This document shows, piece by piece, positions 1 to 7,858 of a DNA stretch of 64,000 nt. The stretch spans positions 1,862 to 65,861 of the forward strand of contig JBAZOO010000005.1 in the NCBI GenBank assembly GCA_041648735.1. The letters are read 5' to 3'. How positions within the stretch are numbered: position 1 is the stretch's first letter; the number at the start of each line of letters is the position of its first letter. This DNA is from Lentisphaeria bacterium. Lineage in GTDB: Bacteria > Verrucomicrobiota > Lentisphaeria > Oligosphaerales > CAITYL01. Under the pieces are notes generated by a model. That model was not told where the DNA came from. It ran no database searches and was given only the letters and a program-made list of their open reading frames with translations. A program made the position numbers and the translations under genes.

Positions 1-720
1 CGCACCCGGCTGGGGCTCCACGCGGACGTGCTCTCGCACTGCTCGGAACACGGGCTGATCTTCTGCGAACTCGTGGGGGATCCGGCGAAGCACGCGGAAC
101 TCTGCCGCAAGCTCAACCTGTTGAAGGACGTCCACGCCCAACTCGTCACCCTGGGGCTGCCCGTGGCGAAAGAGAATGCCGTGCGCAAGGCGTTGGCGGC
201 GAAAGCCCCGAAGGCCACAACGCTCACCAAGCCCGCGGCGAAGCCGGCCGCGAAAGCCGTGAAGAAGCTGGCCAAGAAGCCGGTGCGCGCCGTCCCGGCC
301 GCCAAGGCCTCCCCCGCCAAGGCGGTGAAAGCGGTCAAGGTCGTGAAGGAATCCGCCAAGCCGGCGGCTTCCGCGAAGCCGGCCAAGGCGGCCGCTGCCA
401 AAGCCGCCCCGGTGAAGAAGGTGGCGAAAGTGGCGAAACCAGCACCGAAGCCGGCCGCCAAGCCCGCGAAAGCGCCGGCCAAGCCGGTCGCCGCGCCGAA
501 GAAAACAGCCGCGAAGGCCGTCAAGCCGGCGGCGGTGAAACCGGCCAAGCCCGCGGCGGTGAAGCCAGTTGCCAAAGGCAAGCCCCAGGCGAAGAAAGCG
601 GCCGCCAAGCCGGCCGCCAAGCCCGCGGTCGCGCCGAAAAAGGCGGCGGTGAAGCCAGTGGCGAAAAAGGCGGCAGCTCCGGCCAAGCCGGCGAAAAGCA
701 AAGCCAAAGCCAAAGCCTGA
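1..720 (+). CDS. Partial CDS (5' end outside window): short globular segment followed by a ~170-aa Lys/Ala/Pro-rich histone-H1-like (AlgP-like) tail
   Basis: Frame 1 is open from base 1, with no stop before the listed ATG at 28. The C-terminal two thirds is AKPAAKPA/KKxA repeats ending KSKAKAKA. Stop at 718-720. Confidence 0.5.
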   Translation, partial: RTRLGLHADVLSHCSEHGLIFCELVGDPAKHAELCRKLNLLKDVHAQLVTLGLPVAKENAVRKALAAKAPKATTLTKPAAKPAAKAVKKLAKKPVRAVPAAKASPAKAVKAVKVVKESAKPAASAKPAKAAAAKAAPVKKVAKVAKPAPKPAAKPAKAPAKPVAAPKKTAAKAVKPAAVKPAKPAAVKPVAKGKPQAKKAAAKPAAKPAVAPKKAAVKPVAKKAAAPAKPAKSKAKAKA

Positions 721-749
721 TGACCCCGGAACCCGAGGAGACCTGACCC

Positions 750-1244
750 ATGATCACCCCCAAGATGGCCCAGGCCATCAACAAGCAAATCAACGCGGAG
801 CTGGCTTCGGCCTACCTCTATCTGGCGATGGCCGCCTGGTTCAAGAGCCAGAACCTCGACGGCGCCGCCAAATGGCTGGAGATCCAGGCCCAGGAGGAGC
901 AGGGCCACGCGATGAAGTTCTTCCATTTCCTGGGCGACCGCGGGGGGGTGGTGGAGCTCGCCGCCCTTGCCAAGCCCGCGGCGAAATGGAAATCCGCCCT
1001 TGACGCCTTCAAGGTGGTCGCCGCCCATGAGGCGATGGTGACCGGCCTGATCAACGGCCTCATGGAGCTGGCGGTGGCGGAGAAGGACTACGCGGCCCAG
1101 GAACAGCTCCAGTGGTTTGTCAAGGAGCAGGTCGAGGAGGAGGCCAGCGCCGGCGCCATTGTCGCCAGGCTGGCGATGGTCGGCGAATCCAAGAGCGGCC
1201 TGCTGATGATGGACTACAAGCTGGCCAAGCGCGGCCAGTCCTGA
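750..1244 (+). CDS. ftn: Ferritin (non-haem, ferritin-like four-helix bundle)
   Basis: 164 aa. INAELASAYLYLAMAAWF...EEQGHAMKFFHFL is typical of the bacterial ferritin ferroxidase centre. Size is typical. Confidence 0.9.
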   Translation: MITPKMAQAINKQINAELASAYLYLAMAAWFKSQNLDGAAKWLEIQAQEEQGHAMKFFHFLGDRGGVVELAALAKPAAKWKSALDAFKVVAAHEAMVTGLINGLMELAVAEKDYAAQEQLQWFVKEQVEEEASAGAIVARLAMVGESKSGLLMMDYKLAKRGQS

Positions 1245-1270
1245 GCCGTCGCCTGGCGCGTCTGCGCCCC

Positions 1271-1312
1271 GGCCCGCCGCCGCATTTCCCGCGGCCGGCG
1301 GGCCTTTTCCTG
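1271..1312 (+). terminator. Rho-independent terminator after ferritin
   Basis: GC-rich stem GGCCCGCCGCCGC (1271-1283) pairs with GCGGCCGGCGGGCC (1291-1304, one bulge). It is followed by TTTTCCTGTT. Confidence 0.55.
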
Positions 1313-1503
1313 TTGCCGCGGGCTGAATTCCCGGCGGGGGTGGGGCGACCAGGAAGGGGGCAAAAAAAAGTTGTCCGATTTTGCTGGAGCTGTCTTGCTT
1401 TTTCTGGACAGCATGTCATAAGTATGGACAAACACCAAGGATGCGGTTGCCGCTTCCGGTGGTGCGCCCCGAGTTCCTTCCTGGAAGGAGCCACCCCAAG
1501 ACC

Positions 1504-2931
1504 ATGAAAACCAGCCTGGCCGCCGCGCCGACGCTCCCCGCGAGCGAAGACCCATCCTCAGCCTGCCGGGCCGAGGAGCCTCCCTTGTCCGCCACGGACG
1601 AGCCTCCCTCGTGTCCCCCGACCACCGCCGCCCCCATCCTCTCCTTCTCGCTTCAAGGCGAGACGCCCCGTGACCAGTTCTTCCGCGCCCGGCACAGCCC
1701 GGCCTGGAACGACTGGCGTTGGCAGATGCGGAACCGCATCACCAGCTTTGCGCGCCTCGTCGAACTCTTTCCGGAAACCCGCGCCCACGTCGGCCTCGAA
1801 GACGCCGCCGCCAAGTTCCCGATGGCGATCACCCCCTACTACGCCTCGCTGATCCGGGAGTTCAGCGGCAGCGACCCTGTCTTCCAGATGGCCGTGCCCC
1901 AGATCCAGGAGCTGTACGACCCGCCGTACCTGAAGAACGACCCGCTGGCGGAAGACGAGCACATGCCTGTCCCCGGCCTCTGCCACCGCTACGGCGACCG
2001 CGCCCTGCTCCTGGCCACCACCACCTGCTCCATGTACTGCCGCCATTGCACCCGCAAGCGCGGCGTCGGCCATCGCGACTGCTGCATCAGCGATGAGCAC
2101 CTGCGGCAGGCGGTCGCCTATCTCCAGGGGCATCCGGAGATCCACGACGTCATCATCTCCGGCGGCGACCCCTTCACCATGGCCACCGCCGCCCTGGAAC
2201 GGGTGGTGGCCGCGGTGCGTTCGGTCGCCAGCGTCGACATCATCCGGATCGGCACCCGCACCCCGGTGGTCATGCCCATGCGGATCAACGCCGAACTGGT
2301 GAAGATGCTGCGCAAGTACGCCCCGGTCTGGGTCAACACCCATTTCAACCACCCTCACGAGCAGACGCCGGCGGCCTTCGAGGCCTGCGGCCGCCTGGTC
2401 GACGCCGGCATCCCGGTCAACAACCAGGCGGTGCTGCTCCGCGGCGTCAACGACCAGCCCCAGATCCAGGAGACGCTGGTGCGCACCCTGCTCAGGATGC
2501 GCGTCCGCCCCTACTACCTCTTCCAGTGCGACCTCGTGCGCGGCGTGGAGCATTTCCGCACCCCGATCAGCCGCGGCATCGAGATCATGGAATACCTGCG
2601 CGGGCGCGTCAGCGGCCTGGCGATCCCGAACTACGTGGTGGACGCCCCCAACGGCGGCGGCAAGATCCCGGTCATGCCGAACTACGTCATTTCGGTCAGC
2701 CCGACCCACACCGTGCTGCGCAACTTCGAGGGGATGCTGGTGAACTACCCCGAGCCGCGCGGCGCCGTCTACACCCCCGCCGTGCCGGCGCCCGACAGCC
2801 CGGTCAACGGCGTCTACGACCTCGCCACCGGCCGGCATTCGCACCTCCTCCCCCAGCAGTCCGCCCGGCTCACCCGCCAGGCGCACATGCACCAGGAGCA
2901 GGCGGCCGCCGAAGAGCCCACCGGCACCTGA
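1504..2931 (+). CDS. kamA: Lysine 2,3-aminomutase family radical SAM enzyme (KamA/AblA-like)
   Basis: CSMYCRHCTRKR (CxxxCxxC radical-SAM cluster), WNDWRWQMRNRIT N-terminal signature, GGDPF and NNQAVLLRGVND motifs. Start is uncertain (ATG 1504 chosen; 1381 and 1441 are also possible). Confidence 0.85.
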   Translation: MKTSLAAAPTLPASEDPSSACRAEEPPLSATDEPPSCPPTTAAPILSFSLQGETPRDQFFRARHSPAWNDWRWQMRNRITSFARLVELFPETRAHVGLEDAAAKFPMAITPYYASLIREFSGSDPVFQMAVPQIQELYDPPYLKNDPLAEDEHMPVPGLCHRYGDRALLLATTTCSMYCRHCTRKRGVGHRDCCISDEHLRQAVAYLQGHPEIHDVIISGGDPFTMATAALERVVAAVRSVASVDIIRIGTRTPVVMPMRINAELVKMLRKYAPVWVNTHFNHPHEQTPAAFEACGRLVDAGIPVNNQAVLLRGVNDQPQIQETLVRTLLRMRVRPYYLFQCDLVRGVEHFRTPISRGIEIMEYLRGRVSGLAIPNYVVDAPNGGGKIPVMPNYVISVSPTHTVLRNFEGMLVNYPEPRGAVYTPAVPAPDSPVNGVYDLATGRHSHLLPQQSARLTRQAHMHQEQAAAEEPTGT

Positions 2932-2965
2932 CCGGCCCGCCAACCCCAACCCCAACCCCGTCACC

Positions 2966-3001
2966 GGCCCGGCCCGGACCACCAATTCCGGCCGGGCCTT
3001 T
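2966..3001 (+). terminator. Hairpin between kamA and the first ATP-grasp gene (terminator or attenuator-like)
   Basis: GGCCCGGCCCGGA (2966-2978) pairs with TCCGGCCGGGCC (2987-2998) with one bulge and an 8-nt loop. Only a short TTT follows. Confidence 0.3.
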
Positions 3002-3038
3002 GCCACCACCCCGCCACCCCCCCAACCACCTGCCGCCC

Positions 3039-4013
3039 ATGCTCATCGGCCTCACCTACGACCTGCGCCAGGACTACCTCGCCCTTGGCTATTCCGAACT
3101 CCAGGTCGCCGAATTCGACGAAGAGCGCACCATCGCCGCCCTCGACCGCACCATCCAGGAGCTGGGCCACCGCACCGACCGCATCGGCCATGCGAAGAAG
3201 CTCTGCGAACGGCTGGTCAAGGGCGACCGCTGGGATCTCGTCTTCAACATCGCCGAAGGCGTCGCCGGCCGCAACCGCGAAGCCCAGGTGCCCGCGCTGC
3301 TCGACCTCTACGGCATCCCCCACACCTTCGCCGACGCCCTGGTCTGCGCCACCACCCTCGACAAGGCCGTCGCCAAACGCATCGTCCAGGCCTGCGGCCT
3401 GCGCACGCCGGCCTTCGCCGTGGTGCGGACTCCGCAAGAGGCCGCCGCGGTGAAGCTGCGCTATCCGCTCTTCGCCAAGCCGGTCGCCGAAGGCACCGGC
3501 AAGGGGGTCACCGGCAAGTCGCGCGTCGCGACCCCGGCGGAGCTGGCGCCGGCCTGCCAGGCGCTGTTTGCGGAGTTCGCGCAGCCGGTGCTGGTCGAGG
3601 AATACCTGCCCGGCCGCGAGTTCACCGTCGCCGTCCTCGGCACCGGCAGCCGGGCCCGCGCCCTCGGCACCATGGAGATCCACGTCCAGGATTCCGCGGG
3701 CAGCGGCATCTATTCCCACGACAACAAGGAGAACTGGGAGGGGCGCGTCCGCTATTCCAGCCCGGCGCGGGACGCCTTCCGCGCCGCCATCGAGAAGCTG
3801 GCCGTGGATTGCTATGTCGCCCTCGAATGCCGCGATGCCGGCCGGGTTGACATCCGCCTCGACGCCGACGGCCAGCCCAGCTTCATGGAGGTCAACCCCC
3901 TGGCCGGCCTCAACCCCGGCCACTCCGACTTGCCGCTGATCGCCGAACGCGAGGACCTTTCCTACCGCGACCTGATTGGCGCCATCCTTGACAGCGCCAA
4001 GGAACGGCTCTGA
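3039..4013 (+). CDS. ATP-grasp ligase, D-alanine--D-alanine ligase-like
   Basis: Real start MLIGLTYDL at 3039; the upstream part of the listed ORF is a Pro/Arg shadow. DKAVAKRIVQACGLRTP...YPLFAKPVAEGTGKGV...VLVEEYLPGREFTV...EVNPLAG is the ATP-grasp fold pattern. Confidence 0.75.
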   Translation: MLIGLTYDLRQDYLALGYSELQVAEFDEERTIAALDRTIQELGHRTDRIGHAKKLCERLVKGDRWDLVFNIAEGVAGRNREAQVPALLDLYGIPHTFADALVCATTLDKAVAKRIVQACGLRTPAFAVVRTPQEAAAVKLRYPLFAKPVAEGTGKGVTGKSRVATPAELAPACQALFAEFAQPVLVEEYLPGREFTVAVLGTGSRARALGTMEIHVQDSAGSGIYSHDNKENWEGRVRYSSPARDAFRAAIEKLAVDCYVALECRDAGRVDIRLDADGQPSFMEVNPLAGLNPGHSDLPLIAEREDLSYRDLIGAILDSAKERL

Positions 4014-4045
4014 GCCTCCGCCCGCCCCGCCCGGAGCGCCCGCCC

Positions 4046-5071
4046 ATGCCTGACCATTCCGTCCTGATCCTCCACAACGCCCCGCCGGCCGACGCGCTCG
4101 AAAGCGAGAAGGGCGTGCTGGCGGAAGTCGCCGCCGTCGCCGGGGCGCTGGGGGAGCTGCGGATTCCGCACCGCATTGCCGGGGTTGCGGAGTCCGCGGC
4201 GCTGGCCGGCGTGCTGGCCGCCGCGCCGGAAGCGGTGGTCTTCAATCTCGTCGAAGGCTTTCCCGGCGATCCCGCCGCCGCCAACGCCGTCCCCGATCTC
4301 TGCCGGGCTGCTGGCAAGGAATGCACCGGCAACTCGACCGCGGCGCTGGCGCTGGCTTTGGACAAGGCCCGGGCCAAGGCGGCGCTGCAGGCCGCCGGCC
4401 TGCCCTGTCCCGGCGGCGTCCAAATCCTCCCCGGCGAAGCGGTCCCGCATGGACTCCTGCCCCGGGGCACCGTGATCCTCAAGCCCGCCGCCACCGACGC
4501 CAGCGAGGGGATTGACGAGGACGGGGTGCTCGACAGTGCGGACTCCGCACGGCTGGAGGCGGTCCTGCGCCGGCTGCACGCGCAATTCCGCCAGCCGGTG
4601 CTGGTGGAGCCGTTCATTGACGGCCGCGAGCTGAACGTCGCCGCCTTCGAGCAGGCTGGCGAACTCCGCGTGCTGCCGCTGGCGGAGATCGAGTTTGCGG
4701 AGTTCGCACCCGGCAAGCCGCGGATCGTCGGCTACCGCGCCAAATGGGACGAGGGGAGCTTCGAATGCCGCAACACCCGCCGCGTCATCCCGGCACCGCT
4801 GCCGGAAGCCGCGGCGGCGCGGCTCCGCGCCCTGGTGCGCGCGGCCTGGCGCGCCTGCGGCCTGCGCGACTATGCCCGGGTGGATTTCCGCCTCGATGCC
4901 GCCGGCGAGCCGTTCATCCTCGAAGTGAACCCGAACCCGGACATCGCCCCCGACGCCGGCTTCGCCGCCGCCCTCGCCGCCGGCGGCGTCCCGTTCCGCG
5001 AGTTTGTGGAAATGATGGTCGCCAATGCCCGCGGCCGCCTCGCCACCGCCACCGCGGCGGCGCGCCCCTGA
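4046..5071 (+). CDS. Second ATP-grasp ligase, Ddl-like
   Basis: DKARAKAALQAAGLP...VILKPAATDASEGI...VLVEPFIDGRELNV...ARVDFRLD...ILEVNPNPD. Sits 32 nt after the previous gene. Confidence 0.75.
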   Translation: MPDHSVLILHNAPPADALESEKGVLAEVAAVAGALGELRIPHRIAGVAESAALAGVLAAAPEAVVFNLVEGFPGDPAAANAVPDLCRAAGKECTGNSTAALALALDKARAKAALQAAGLPCPGGVQILPGEAVPHGLLPRGTVILKPAATDASEGIDEDGVLDSADSARLEAVLRRLHAQFRQPVLVEPFIDGRELNVAAFEQAGELRVLPLAEIEFAEFAPGKPRIVGYRAKWDEGSFECRNTRRVIPAPLPEAAAARLRALVRAAWRACGLRDYARVDFRLDAAGEPFILEVNPNPDIAPDAGFAAALAAGGVPFREFVEMMVANARGRLATATAAARP

Positions 5072-5106
5072 ACGAACGAGACCCTGCTTCCCACGGACAA
5101 CCGGCC

Positions 5107-5589
5107 ATGCCTTCCCCCGTCCTCATCCGCCGCACCGCCGCCGCCGACCGCGAGGCCATTGTCGCGCTGGTCCGCGCCACAAACTTCTTCCGGCCCGACG
5201 AGGTCGAAACTGCCGCCGAAGTGCTGGACGAGGCCATCGCCAAGGGGCCGGCCGGGCATTACCAGTCGTTCACCGCCGAGGTGGCGGGAGAAGTCGTCGG
5301 CTGGGTCTGCCACGGGCCGACCCCCTGTACGCTCGGCACCTACGACATCTACTGGCTGGCCGTCCACCCCGCCCGGCAGGGGCACGGCCTGGGCCGCAAG
5401 CTGCTGGCGCATGCCGAGGCGGAGATCCGGGCCCGGGGCGGCCGCCTGGCGGTGGCCGAGACTTCCGGCAAGGCGGAGTACGCCAGCACCCGCGCCTTCT
5501 ACCTGCGCGTCGGCTACCAGGAGGCCGCGCGGCTGCCGGACTTCTATGCGCCTGGCGACGACAAGGTCTTTTACCTGAAACGGCTGTGA
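5107..5589 (+). CDS. GNAT family N-acetyltransferase
   Basis: Start MPSPVLIRR at 5107. The acetyl-CoA binding motif is LAVHPARQGHGLGRKLL. 160 aa. Confidence 0.8.
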   Translation: MPSPVLIRRTAAADREAIVALVRATNFFRPDEVETAAEVLDEAIAKGPAGHYQSFTAEVAGEVVGWVCHGPTPCTLGTYDIYWLAVHPARQGHGLGRKLLAHAEAEIRARGGRLAVAETSGKAEYASTRAFYLRVGYQEAARLPDFYAPGDDKVFYLKRL

Positions 5590-5602
5590 AAGGGCCCCCG
5601 CC

Positions 5603-6037
5603 ATGGAAAACGCCTACCGCCACCGGCTGGAACTGGAGGTGCGCGATTACGAGTGCGACCTCCAGGGGGTGGTCAACAACGCCAACTACCAGCATTACCT
5701 GGAGCATGCGCGCCACCTCTTCCTGAAGACGCTGGGGATCGACTTCGCCGGCATGGCCGCCCAGGGGGTCAACCTGGTGGTGGCCCGGATCGAGATTGAC
5801 TACAAGACGCCGCTGAAGAGCGGCGACCGCTTCGTGGTCGGCTCGAACCTGGAGCGGGTCTCGCCGGTGCGCTTCGGCTTCCGCCAGGACATCTACCGGC
5901 TGCCGGACTTGCGCCCGGTGGTCCAGGCCCGAGTCATTGGCACCGCGGTCAACGCCCGTGGCCGCCCCTGCCTCCCGCCCGAGCTGGATGTCGCCTTCGG
6001 GCAGCTTCCCCCGCCCGCCGCCGATTCCGCCTGGTGA
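5603..6037 (+). CDS. 4-hydroxybenzoyl-CoA thioesterase family (YbgC-like) acyl-CoA thioesterase
   Basis: VRDYECDLQGVVNNANYQHYLEHAR is the hot-dog thioesterase N-terminal signature. 144 aa. Sits 13 nt after the GNAT gene. Confidence 0.8.
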   Translation: MENAYRHRLELEVRDYECDLQGVVNNANYQHYLEHARHLFLKTLGIDFAGMAAQGVNLVVARIEIDYKTPLKSGDRFVVGSNLERVSPVRFGFRQDIYRLPDLRPVVQARVIGTAVNARGRPCLPPELDVAFGQLPPPAADSAW

Positions 6038-6046
6038 GGCCGCGGC

Positions 6047-7858
6047 TCAGGCGCGGCGGCCGAAGCGGCGTTCCAGTTCGGGGTGGGGGATGGTGATCAT
6101 GACCGGGCGGCCGTGGGGGCAGGTGTAGGGCATTTCGGCGGCGGCGAGGTCATGGAGGAGCTGGTTGACTTCGAGGGGGCGGAGGGGATCCTCGGCCTTG
6201 ACGGCGTGCTTGCAGGCGGCCTGGGCGATGCGGAGTTCGTCGGGGCGCGGGGTGCTGGCGGCGGCTTGGCGGAGGTCGTCGAGGATGTCGCGGAGCAGGC
6301 CGCCGAGGTTTTCGCCGGGGAAGCCGGCGGGGACGGCGGTGACGAGGAAGCTGTTGCCGCCGAAGGCGTCGAGGCCGAAGCCGAGTTTGTGGAAGTGCTC
6401 CAGGTGGTGGCGGAGCAGGGCGGCGTCGGCCGGGGCGAGGTCGAGGTGGACGGGGATGAGCAGCGGCTGTCCCTCGGCTTGGGCGGACTCGGCGGCGCGC
6501 AGCAGTTTCTCGAAGAGGATGCGTTCGTGGGCGGCGTGCTGGTCAATGAGGACGAGGCCGGCGGCGCCTTCGGCGACGAGGTAGAGGTTGTTGAGGGTGC
6601 CGAGGATGCGGAGGGCGCGGATTTCCGCGCGGGTGGCGCTGGAGACGGAGGTGCCGGCGGGGGCGGTGGCCGGGGCGCTGGGCGGTGGGGCGTTCCGTGG
6701 CGGGGTGGGGGTGAGGCCGGCCATTTCCGGCTGCTGTTCCGGCGGGGTGAGGGTGAGGGGTTGGGGCGGCGTGGGGAAGCGGGCGCCCTGGCTGGCGAGC
6801 GGCCGGCCGGGGGCGGCGGGCGTGGCGGCGGCGACGGCGGCGAGGGAGGGCTGGAGGGCGGGTTCGCCGGCGAGGGCGCGCAGGGCGCGGCGCACGGCGG
6901 CGGCGACGACCTGGCCGGTGAGGAGGGCGTCGCGGAAGCGGACTTCGCGCTTGGCCGGATGGACGTTGACGTCCACGGCGTCGGGGGGGGCCTCGACATA
7001 GAGGATCAGCGGCGGGTAGCGCCCTTTCATCACCAGGGTGTGGTAGGCGTCGCGGGCGGCGAAGAAGAGGCAGTCGGCGGCGGCGGGGCGGCCGTTGACG
7101 AAGAAGCGCTGTTCGCGGCGGGTGCCGCGGGTGAAGCCGGGGCGGGCGATGAAGCCATGGACGCGGATGCCGGCTTCCTCGTAGGCGACGGGCAGGAGGG
7201 CGGCGAAGAGGTCGCGCCCGAGGAGCATGGCGACGCGGGTGCCGGGGTCGCCGCTGGCGGAGACCTGGAGCGCGGGCTGGTCGTCCACGATCAGTTCGAA
7301 GGCGACGCCGGGGTGGGCGAGGGCCTGGAGGAGGACCGTCTCCTGGATGTGCTCGCTCTCGGTGGTGGCGCCGCGGAGGAACTTGCGCCGGCCGGGCAGG
7401 TTGAAGAAGAGCTGGGCGACGCGGACGCTGGTGCCGGGGGCGCAGCCGCAGGCCCGGCAGTCGCGGAGGGTGCCGCCTTCGACCCGCACCTCGGTGCCCT
7501 CCAGGGCGTCGGCCTGGCGCGTCTGGAGCTGGAAGCGGCTGACGGAGGCGATGCTGGGCAGGGCTTCGCCGCGGAAGCCGAGGGTGACGATGTGCTCGAT
7601 GTCGGCGGCCTGGCGGATCTTGCTGGTGGCGTGGGGTTCGAGGCAGAGCAGGGCGTCGTCGCGGTCCATCCCGCCGCCGTCGTCCTGGACTTGGATCAGG
7701 CTTTTGCCGCCGTTGCGGCTGTGGATGACGATGCGGCGGGCGCCGGCATCGATGGCGTTTTCGGCCAGTTCCTTGACGACGGAGGCGGGGCGTTCGATGA
7801 CCTCGCCGGCGGCGATGCGGTTGGCGATTTCGTCGGGCAGTACGCGGATGAGGCTCAT
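6047..7858 (-). CDS. mutL: DNA mismatch repair protein MutL (endonuclease-type)
   Basis: MSLIRVLPDEIANRIAAGEVIERPASVVKELAENAIDAG (GHKL ATPase). C-terminal DQHAAHERILFE and CPHGRP motifs. The listed 1149-aa ORF reads through upstream, and the true ATG is at 7858. Confidence 0.9.
   Translation of the reverse strand: MSLIRVLPDEIANRIAAGEVIERPASVVKELAENAIDAGARRIVIHSRNGGKSLIQVQDDGGGMDRDDALLCLEPHATSKIRQAADIEHIVTLGFRGEALPSIASVSRFQLQTRQADALEGTEVRVEGGTLRDCRACGCAPGTSVRVAQLFFNLPGRRKFLRGATTESEHIQETVLLQALAHPGVAFELIVDDQPALQVSASGDPGTRVAMLLGRDLFAALLPVAYEEAGIRVHGFIARPGFTRGTRREQRFFVNGRPAAADCLFFAARDAYHTLVMKGRYPPLILYVEAPPDAVDVNVHPAKREVRFRDALLTGQVVAAAVRRALRALAGEPALQPSLAAVAAATPAAPGRPLASQGARFPTPPQPLTLTPPEQQPEMAGLTPTPPRNAPPPSAPATAPAGTSVSSATRAEIRALRILGTLNNLYLVAEGAAGLVLIDQHAAHERILFEKLLRAAESAQAEGQPLLIPVHLDLAPADAALLRHHLEHFHKLGFGLDAFGGNSFLVTAVPAGFPGENLGGLLRDILDDLRQAAASTPRPDELRIAQAACKHAVKAEDPLRPLEVNQLLHDLAAAEMPYTCPHGRPVMITIPHPELERRFGRRA

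Noticed and set aside
1385-1398. TGGAGCTGTCTTGC upstream of kamA as a sigma54 promoter.
   Set aside because: The GG-to-GC spacing is one nucleotide shorter than the invariant -24/-12 spacing.
2945-2960. (CCCAA)x3 microsatellite after kamA.
   Set aside because: Too short to be meaningful, and it lies in an ordinary intergenic spacer.
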